Source: a bacterium
GTDB lineage: Bacteria; Zixibacteria; MSB-5A5; GN15; FEB-12
Reading direction: 5' to 3'
Assembly (NCBI GenBank): GCA_043811375.1
Contig: JBDRNJ010000072.1
Coordinates: 137,984-201,983 of the forward strand
DNA: 64,000 bases
In this document: positions 57,812 to 64,000 of the stretch, one piece after another
Position numbering within the stretch: the stretch's first letter is position 1
Layout of the letters: each line of letters begins with the position of its first letter
The notes under the pieces: model-generated
The model's database searches: none
What the model was told of the DNA's origin: nothing
What the model saw: the letters and a program-made list of their open reading frames with translations, nothing else
Translations under genes and position numbers: made by a program

Positions 57812-57877
57812 GCTTGTTGTACTGCCCGGTTAGACCATCACAAAATCCGTCGTTTTTTTCCTTGACCAGCAATAACA

Positions 57878-57893
57878 TGGCCCCTACCTTGCG
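57878..57893 (+). promoter_or_regulatory. sigma-54 (-24/-12) promoter candidate upstream of the membrane-module cluster
   Basis: TGGCCCctaccTTGCG versus the consensus TGGCAC-N5-TTGCW. The invariant GG and GC are at the correct 10-nt spacing, and the site lies about 160 nt upstream of the first gene of the 58039-64000 cluster. rpoN and one enhancer-binding protein are encoded in this window. Confidence 0.5.
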
Positions 57894-58038
57894 ATCTGTT
57901 GATCCGGAATAATGATAACGAATCAGTTGAAAACGAACCGGACCGACAGCACTCCGGGTGAGTGACTATAAGGTTAGAGGGAAATAGTCTCGGGACGCAT
58001 CGGACACACACCGTGTCTTTTTTGGTTCCTGGGTACGG

Positions 58039-59322
58039 TTGAGGACTAAGAACTTGGCAAACATCTCCTGCTCGTCTGCTCGTTTCCGCTTCTCCCGCCA
58101 CATTATCTTATTGTCTCTGATTCTTTTGGTGGCCGTGCCCGCAATTGGCGCGCAGGAAGAACCGGCCGCAGTCGACAGCCTTGATCTGGCCCTTGCACCT
58201 GACAGCATCCCTCAGGAATACTATCCCCTCCCACCAACCGACGTTACCGTTCGCGATGTCCCCAATGACGCCGGGGAAGCTATCATTATTGAATGGCAAC
58301 TCTCAGTAGATGACTTTGAGGACGGTAAGGTGCTCGAGTACATTCTATTACGTAGCAAGACCGACGCCCTGCCGTTTGAGGAGATCGGGCGAGTTGACCA
58401 GGGAAATACCAGTTTCACAGATCGCACTGCTGAGAACGGCGTTGATTATTATTACCGCGTGGCAGCCATCAATTACGAAAAGCAGGATACACTGACCCTC
58501 TGGGAGGCAATCAGTGAATCGGTCACTGCCGGACCGGTAGTCGCCAGCGCCCAGTGGTTCAACACCGAACGCTTGAATATCTTTATCGGCATAATTATTC
58601 TGTGCGGGTCAATAATCTACTTTATAACGGCCGCCAAGGGGGGCAAGGACTTCTACGTCCGCAAGATCGCCGGTATTGAAGAAGTCAATAATGCCGTGGG
58701 GCGAGCAACCGAAATGGGGCGCTCCATCTACTATGTTCCCGGCATTATGGACATGGATGACGTGCAAACTCTTGCCAGCCTGACCATACTGGGCAGTGTG
58801 GCAGCAATCGCCGCCGAGAACGACACCCGGATCGACGTACCCGTTTCCAAATCAATGGTCATGGTGACTGCCAAAGAGGTTGTCAGGGAAGCCTACAGCA
58901 AAGTGGGGCGACCGGATTCCTTCATGGATGATCAGGTTCGCTACCTGACCGACGACCAATTCGGCTATGCAGCCGCCATTGACGGTTTGTTTGTGCGCGA
59001 GAAACCGGCCACGATCTTTTTGATCGGGGCCTTTTTTGCCGAGTCGCTGATTATGGCCGAAACCGGTAACAGCATCGGCGCTATTCAGATTTCGGGGACG
59101 GCCATGCCGTCGCAGTTGCCTTTTTTCATTGCCGCCTGTGATTTCACCCTGATCGGGGAAGAGTTGTTCGCCGCCTCGGCTTACCTGTCACGCGAACCCA
59201 AACTGCTTGGTTCGCTCAAAGGTCAGGACGTGGGCAAAGCTGTTTTCCTGCTGGCCATACTGGTCGGCTGCATACTGGAGAGTTTCGGCGTGCCGGTGCA
59301 CGAACTGTTTGTCGGGCGTTAG
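58039..59322 (+). CDS. membrane-module subunit A: signal peptide, extracytoplasmic Fn3-like domain, then a conserved multi-TM domain of unknown family
   Basis: 427-aa ORF with a TTG start at 58039. The alternative TTG at 58054 has GAGGA 7-8 nt upstream. Signal ..HIILLSLILLVAVPAIGA|QEE. The Fn3-like part reads PPTDVTVRDVPNDAGEAIIIEWQ...YYYRVAAINYE. The C-terminal ~240 aa are strongly conserved with A' (GRATEMGR, DMDDVQTLA.LTILG, REKPAT.FL.GAFFAESLI.AETGNSIGAIQI.GTA.P.QLPFFIAACDFTLIGEELFAASAYLS.EP..LGSLKGQDVGKA). Confidence 0.7.
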   Translation: MRTKNLANISCSSARFRFSRHIILLSLILLVAVPAIGAQEEPAAVDSLDLALAPDSIPQEYYPLPPTDVTVRDVPNDAGEAIIIEWQLSVDDFEDGKVLEYILLRSKTDALPFEEIGRVDQGNTSFTDRTAENGVDYYYRVAAINYEKQDTLTLWEAISESVTAGPVVASAQWFNTERLNIFIGIIILCGSIIYFITAAKGGKDFYVRKIAGIEEVNNAVGRATEMGRSIYYVPGIMDMDDVQTLASLTILGSVAAIAAENDTRIDVPVSKSMVMVTAKEVVREAYSKVGRPDSFMDDQVRYLTDDQFGYAAAIDGLFVREKPATIFLIGAFFAESLIMAETGNSIGAIQISGTAMPSQLPFFIAACDFTLIGEELFAASAYLSREPKLLGSLKGQDVGKAVFLLAILVGCILESFGVPVHELFVGR

Positions 59323-59340
59323 CCGGACGAGGATTGACTG

Positions 59341-60015
59341 ATGAGACGCGAGATACCGCTGGCCATAACATTCATTGCCGGGATAGCTTTTGCCACTGCT
59401 TTCTTTATCCCGCACTGGCCGTTTAATAAGCTGGAACACTGGTTTTCCGACTGGCTGGCAATCGTGTTCGCATTTGCTATCTGGTTGGGAGCCTTGAACC
59501 TTATCAAGATCTCGGCGCTGAGGATTATCAATAAGAAAAAGGACTGGATACATGGCCTGCTGATCATTGTGTCGTTTCTGATCATTGTGGGAGTCGGTCT
59601 TTACGAGGGATATCGGGGACTGGCTGCCGAACCGACTTTCTCCTACCGTGATCCCGGCACCGGGTTCAACTGGCTGTACATAAACGTCTACTCTTCATTG
59701 TCGGCAACGATGTTTGCCCTGCTGGCATTTTTTGTAGCGTCGGCATCATATCGGGCATTTCGCGCCCGCAATTTCGAGGCGACGCTGCTGTTGCTGGCGG
59801 CTTGCTTTGTTATGCTGGGGCGGGTTCCCTTTGGCGATATGATTACCGGGTGGCTGCCGGCAGACTACCAGATGTCGCAATGGGCCAACTGGATCATGAA
59901 CGTACTCAACACGGCTGGACAGCGAGCCATTATGATCGGCATCGCCCTCGGGTTGGTTTCCACGTCCCTGCGCATCATTCTGGGGCTGGAACGATCTTAC
60001 CTGGGGGGTGATTGA
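59341..60015 (+). CDS. membrane-module subunit B: polytopic membrane protein, unknown family
   Basis: 224 aa with about 6 hydrophobic helices. The conserved core shared with B' is LLAFFVASASYRAFRA.N.EAT.LL.AA...LGR.PFG.M.T.W.P ... N.AGQRAI.IGI.LG..S.SLR.ILG.ERSYLG. Confidence 0.65.
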   Translation: MRREIPLAITFIAGIAFATAFFIPHWPFNKLEHWFSDWLAIVFAFAIWLGALNLIKISALRIINKKKDWIHGLLIIVSFLIIVGVGLYEGYRGLAAEPTFSYRDPGTGFNWLYINVYSSLSATMFALLAFFVASASYRAFRARNFEATLLLLAACFVMLGRVPFGDMITGWLPADYQMSQWANWIMNVLNTAGQRAIMIGIALGLVSTSLRIILGLERSYLGGD

Positions 60016-60998
60016 TGAAGGCTACTCAGTATATTGTCAGCGCCGCCATAGCCGCATTCCTGATCCTCTGCTATTTCTTTGCTCCCAAACCAGTGGAGTT
60101 CTCCCCCACCGTGTCTGTGATCGTCATCATATTATTGGCGGTGGCACTGTTTTACATTTTCCTGCGGACTTTTGCCGGACACTTTGTCGGTCGGCGGACG
60201 GTGTTTATCTTTGTGGGGGTGGCGTTGCTGCTGCCGTTTTTCATGCAGTTTCAACTGCCTCTGCAGATCAGTCCCGAGGTCCGGTCTGTCTTTGATGCCC
60301 TGGAGGAACTGCCGCCCGGCTCAAAGGTTCTGACCGCCTTTGACTTTGACCCGCCCTCCGCTCCGGAGTTGCAGCCAATGGCCGACGCCTTTATGAAGTA
60401 TGCTTTCGAACGCCGCCTGAAAATTATCATGATGGGACTGTGGCCCCAGGGACCGGATCAGGCCAATCAAGCGGTACAGGCCGCGTTTGAATACAACCCG
60501 GAATTCCGGGAGACGATCAAATACGGTGAGGATTACGTTAATCTCGGATTCCAGGCTGGTAACGAGTTTGTTATCCTGCGCATGGGCGAAAGCTTTGCCG
60601 CCATGTTTCCCACCGACCTGTATAACACACCGTACGATTCCATCCCGGTACTCAGGAACGTTCGCGGATTCGCGGATATTGACTTCGGTATGAACTTTTC
60701 GGCCGGTAAACCGGGTACGCAGGAATGGGTGCAGATCGCGGTTGATCGTTACCAGTTGCCGCTGGCCGCGGCCAACACCGCTGTCCAGGCACCGATGGCC
60801 TATCCCTGGCTGAAAGCCGGCCAGTTGGTTGGACTGATGGGCGGTATGGCCGGCGGAGCGGAATTTGAAAAGTTGACTGGGAAGCAAGACAAAGCGACCA
60901 CCTTCCTGCTGTCGCAATCTTTCGCGCACATGGTGGTGATTATCTTCATCATCATCGGTAACGCAGCTTTCCTGCGCGAGAAGAGAAAGAAAAAGTAA
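60012..60998 (+). CDS. membrane-module subunit C: N-terminal TM helices, ~230-aa soluble domain, C-terminal TM anchor; unknown family
   Basis: 328 aa. The start overlaps the B stop by 4 nt (ATGA). The soluble part reads ..VFDALEELPPGSKVLTAFDFDPPSAPELQPMADAF.. and is homologous to the partial C' at the window end. The C-terminus is MVVIIFIIIGNAAFLREKRKKK. Confidence 0.65.
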   Translation: MMKATQYIVSAAIAAFLILCYFFAPKPVEFSPTVSVIVIILLAVALFYIFLRTFAGHFVGRRTVFIFVGVALLLPFFMQFQLPLQISPEVRSVFDALEELPPGSKVLTAFDFDPPSAPELQPMADAFMKYAFERRLKIIMMGLWPQGPDQANQAVQAAFEYNPEFRETIKYGEDYVNLGFQAGNEFVILRMGESFAAMFPTDLYNTPYDSIPVLRNVRGFADIDFGMNFSAGKPGTQEWVQIAVDRYQLPLAAANTAVQAPMAYPWLKAGQLVGLMGGMAGGAEFEKLTGKQDKATTFLLSQSFAHMVVIIFIIIGNAAFLREKRKKK

Positions 60999-61634
60999 AT
61001 GGGCTTCTGGGATACATTTGGAGTCTGGCTGGCAGCCGCGCTGACTATCGGTATTATCTCTTTTCTGTACCGGGACAACGCCTTTTACAAGGTGTGCGAA
61101 AGCATCTTTGTCGGGATATCGGCCGGTTACTGGTTTATTACTTACTACTGGGATAACCTGTATAAGAAGTTCTATGTCCAGGTGACCGACCCTAACAACC
61201 CGGAGTGGTACGTGCCGTGGGTCGGCTTTGTTCTGGGAACATTGATGCTGACACGGCTGATCGGCAAGATCGGCTGGCTGTCACGCTGGCCGCTGGCGTT
61301 TATCGTGGGTGGTGTTGCCGGCCTCTACATGATGACCTATTTCGTATCCAACGCCATGAACCAGGTAGCAGCTACAATTGTGCCGGTTCTTACCGGCAGC
61401 TGGACTGATATAATCGCCAGTTCGATGATAGCCATCGGTACCTTCTGCGGGCTGGTTTATTTCTTCTTCTCCAAAGCACATACCGGGGTTTTTGGCGGCG
61501 CGGCACGAGTGGGTATCTGGTTTTTGATGGTCACTTTCGGAGCGTCGTTCGGCTACACCGTCATGAGCCGTATGTCGCTGATGCTGGGGAGACTGGACTT
61601 CCTGTTCGGAACCTGGCTGGGAATGATCCCATAG
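60999..61634 (+). CDS. membrane-module subunit D: polytopic membrane protein, unknown family
   Basis: 211 aa. The ATG directly abuts the C stop codon (TAAATG). There are about 6 hydrophobic helices rich in aromatic residues and Gly (..GISAGYWFITYYWDNLY.., ..FIVGGVAGLYMMTYF..). Confidence 0.65.
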   Translation: MGFWDTFGVWLAAALTIGIISFLYRDNAFYKVCESIFVGISAGYWFITYYWDNLYKKFYVQVTDPNNPEWYVPWVGFVLGTLMLTRLIGKIGWLSRWPLAFIVGGVAGLYMMTYFVSNAMNQVAATIVPVLTGSWTDIIASSMIAIGTFCGLVYFFFSKAHTGVFGGAARVGIWFLMVTFGASFGYTVMSRMSLMLGRLDFLFGTWLGMIP

Positions 61635-62896
61635 TGTTGCCGCTCCTGCCGACAGTAGCGCGTTGTAAAAGTACTCTTTTCATATCGGCTGTTATCACCC
61701 TGATCCTGTTGGCGGCAGTTGCATCCGCACAGACAGAGCCCACTGACGGCGACAGCACAAAAATCGAGGCTGATTCTGTAACTGTTGCAGTGGCTCCTGT
61801 CACATCATTGATCGCTTCCGACCACAAGTACGATGCGGGCGAACAAATCGACCTGTCCTGGGTGCCGTCTATCGATGACCGACTGGTCGACGGCAAGGTA
61901 ACCGGTTACTCCGTCTTCCGGATAATTGAGGGTGGTGAACCGGAAATTATCGCAGAACTCGCACCCGGAAGCAACTCATATAATGACAGGGACCTTGAGT
62001 CCGGCACCGAGTACAGCTACTATGTGGTGGCGCTCTCTGAAAGTTCTCTGGCCATGTCGGTGTCGACGGCACAGATAGCACCGAAGCCGGAGTGGCTGAA
62101 TCTCTCACGCGGATACCTGTTTCTGATCGCTTTGTTCATCTCGGCCGCGGTGATATACTTTGTAGAAAGCGCCAAGAGAGGCAAGAAGTTGTTTGTACGC
62201 CGAATAGCCGGTCTGGAGGCGATTGACGATGCCGTCGGGCGCGCCACCGAGATGGGCCGACCGGTACTTTTTATCCCCGGCATTAGCGACATGGATGATG
62301 TCCAGACCCTGGCGGCACTGACCATTCTGGGGCGGGTGTCCCGCACTATAGCCGATTACGATACCAAAATCTTCATGCCGGTGGCACGGTCACTGGTAAT
62401 GACAGCCGCTCGCGAAACTATCAAGACATCTTACCAGGCAGCCGGGCATCCCGATGCCTACAGTGACGATATGGTCAACTATGTCACCGACGAGCAATTC
62501 GGTTATGTAGCGGCCGTGGATGGTCTCATGGTACGTGAGAAACCGGCGACGGTGTTCCTGCTGGGGGCGTTTTTTGCCGAATCGTTGATCCTGGCCGAGA
62601 CCGGCAACTCGATTGGCGCCATCCAGATTGCCGGTACTGCTCGACCGGCCCAGTTGCCGTTCTTTATTGCCGCCTGCGACTTTACCCTGATCGGCGAAGA
62701 ACTGTTTGCGGCTTCGGCCTACCTGTCCGGCGAACCGCGTATGCTGGGTTCCCTCAAAGGTCAGGATGTGGGTAAAGCAATTGCCGTGGCGGCTATCTTT
62801 TTGGGCGTCCTGACAATCACTATCGCCGAAGCCTGGGATTCAGAATCCATGCAGGCTGTTTACGACTGGCTGAGCGAGATATTCTCGAGTAACTGA
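61634..62896 (+). CDS. membrane-module subunit A' (paralogue of A)
   Basis: 420 aa. The GTG start overlaps the D stop by 1 nt. It has a signal, an Fn3-like domain (..DLSWVPSIDDRLVDGKVTGYSVFRI...YSYYVVALSE) and the same conserved C-terminal domain as A, roughly two-thirds identical by eye. Confidence 0.7.
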   Translation: MLPLLPTVARCKSTLFISAVITLILLAAVASAQTEPTDGDSTKIEADSVTVAVAPVTSLIASDHKYDAGEQIDLSWVPSIDDRLVDGKVTGYSVFRIIEGGEPEIIAELAPGSNSYNDRDLESGTEYSYYVVALSESSLAMSVSTAQIAPKPEWLNLSRGYLFLIALFISAAVIYFVESAKRGKKLFVRRIAGLEAIDDAVGRATEMGRPVLFIPGISDMDDVQTLAALTILGRVSRTIADYDTKIFMPVARSLVMTAARETIKTSYQAAGHPDAYSDDMVNYVTDEQFGYVAAVDGLMVREKPATVFLLGAFFAESLILAETGNSIGAIQIAGTARPAQLPFFIAACDFTLIGEELFAASAYLSGEPRMLGSLKGQDVGKAIAVAAIFLGVLTITIAEAWDSESMQAVYDWLSEIFSSN

Positions 62897-62904
62897 GTAG
62901 ACTG

Positions 62905-63582
62905 ATGAGACGATTGATACCACTTTGGATAACGTTTATTGTCGGCACGGTGCTGATCATCTCGGTGTTTATCCCCCCCTTCCAGGATATGGAACGGACA
63001 TTCACTCTGTTCTTCGATATTATAGCCGTATTTGCCTTTTTCTTAGGCGGCGGCAATCTGTTGCGCGTCCACATCAATAAGTTACAGCAACGCAAGAAAG
63101 ACTGGGGCTTCTCTATTGTCACCGTCGCCGGCTTCCTGACCATGCTCACCGTCGGTTTGCTCAAGCTGGGCAACCCGGGTGACATATCCACCGCCGTCGA
63201 CACGCCGGGTTCACTGTTTTATGGCATATTCGACACGGTGCTGGTGCCGCTGCAATCGACCATGTATTCGCTGCTGGCGTTTTTCGTCGCTTCGGCGTCC
63301 TACCGCGCTTTCCGCGCCAAGAACCGGGAAGCCACCATGCTGCTGATCGCGGCGTTCATCATTTTGCTCGGCCGAACACCCTTTGGCGCTATGTTGACCG
63401 CCTGGGTACCGGACTCCTTCTCGCTGGCTCAGATTCCCAACCTGGCCATCTGGATTATGAATTCCCCCAACTTAGCCGGACAGCGGGCTATCATTATCGG
63501 TATCGGGTTAGGTGTGATCTCGATGTCGCTGCGGTTGATCCTGGGCATCGAGCGCTCTTATCTGGGGGAAGATCGTGGTTAA
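62905..63582 (+). CDS. membrane-module subunit B' (paralogue of B)
   Basis: 225 aa with the same helix pattern and conserved core as B. Confidence 0.65.
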   Translation: MRRLIPLWITFIVGTVLIISVFIPPFQDMERTFTLFFDIIAVFAFFLGGGNLLRVHINKLQQRKKDWGFSIVTVAGFLTMLTVGLLKLGNPGDISTAVDTPGSLFYGIFDTVLVPLQSTMYSLLAFFVASASYRAFRAKNREATMLLIAAFIILLGRTPFGAMLTAWVPDSFSLAQIPNLAIWIMNSPNLAGQRAIIIGIGLGVISMSLRLILGIERSYLGEDRG

Positions 63583-64000
63583 TATCGGCACCATAGTCTC
63601 GCTGATTATCATCTTTGGCGGCCTGTTGTGGCTTTTGGTGCGGTCCGTCAAGGGTAAGGAAGTCGACCGCCGGATCATCTTTGTCTTCATTTTAGTATCG
63701 GTGGCGGCACCGATATTGTTCCCCATCACTTTCGAGGAACATGCCACGCCGGTTGTGAAAGGGTTGTTTGATCGCATCGAAGACCTGCCGCCTGATTCCT
63801 ACGTGCTGATATCATTTGATTATGACCCGGCTATGGCGCCGGAAGTGCAGCCGATGGCCAACGCCCTGTCTCGCCATTGCCTGAATAAGGGACACAAAGT
63901 TATCTTCATGTGCCTGTGGGCCACCGGTCAGTCGCTGTTGATGAGTACACTGGAGAACATTATCCTGCCCGATTTCCCGGAACTGGTCAACGGTGTTGAC
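63575..64000 (+). CDS. membrane-module subunit C' (paralogue of C), 5' part, truncated by window end
   Basis: Not in the ORF track because it has no stop codon. A GTG at 63575 overlaps the B' stop by 8 nt, and the frame stays open to 64000. (V)VNIGTIVSLIIIFGGLLWLLV...LFDRIEDLPPDSYVLISFDYDPAMAPEVQPMANAL...KVIFMCLWATGQ parallels C residues ~90-150. Confidence 0.6.
   Translation, partial: MVNIGTIVSLIIIFGGLLWLLVRSVKGKEVDRRIIFVFILVSVAAPILFPITFEEHATPVVKGLFDRIEDLPPDSYVLISFDYDPAMAPEVQPMANALSRHCLNKGHKVIFMCLWATGQSLLMSTLENIILPDFPELVNGVD

Noticed and set aside
58003-58023. Hairpin gacac/gtgtc followed by T6 between the sigma-54 promoter candidate and subunit A, considered as an attenuator or terminator
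   Set aside because: The stem is only 5 bp with a 5-nt loop, which is too weak to call. It may still matter if the leader RNA folds differently.

Overview
This 64-kb window looks like chromosomal DNA from an uncultivated Gram-negative bacterium. GC is mid-50s % by eye. Its content (sigma-54, Tol system, FlgD-Ig/T9SS-like tails, many dockerin-tagged secreted proteins) is reminiscent of FCB-group candidate phyla, but taxonomy cannot be settled from sequence alone. I found no rRNA, tRNA, CRISPR array, transposase or integrase. The housekeeping backbone is confidently recognisable: lptB-rpoN-hpf, gyrA, purA, engB, lon, a dGTPase-like gene, rnr, mfd and tolQ-tolR-tolA-like-tolB. Five accessory regions sit among these genes. 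(1) A single-gene island at 5.8-9.3 kb encodes an MmeI-like fused nuclease-like/N6-adenine methyltransferase/TRD protein. The gene has a mosaic base composition and is bracketed by hairpin repeats. (2) A sigma-54 activator leads an operon of secreted or outer-membrane proteins at 25.2-31.9 kb, including a double lamin-tail-domain protein. (3) Five secreted proteins (34.8-41.9 kb and 54.9-57.8 kb) each end in the same Cys-flanked dockerin-like module. They include beta-helix, HYR, thrombospondin-type-3 and C1-peptidase proteins, and one also has a cohesin-like N-terminus. (4) A GlmL-like ASKHA ATPase cluster lies at 50.7-54.4 kb. (5) The most novel-looking region, 58.0-64.0 kb, is a tandemly duplicated, translationally coupled four-gene integral-membrane module (A-B-C-D, then A'-B'-C'...). 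I cannot place it in any family, and a good sigma-54 -24/-12 match precedes it. Four families of short intergenic hairpin or MITE-like repeats are scattered through the window. All product calls rest on motif recognition by eye and from memory; no database search was run.
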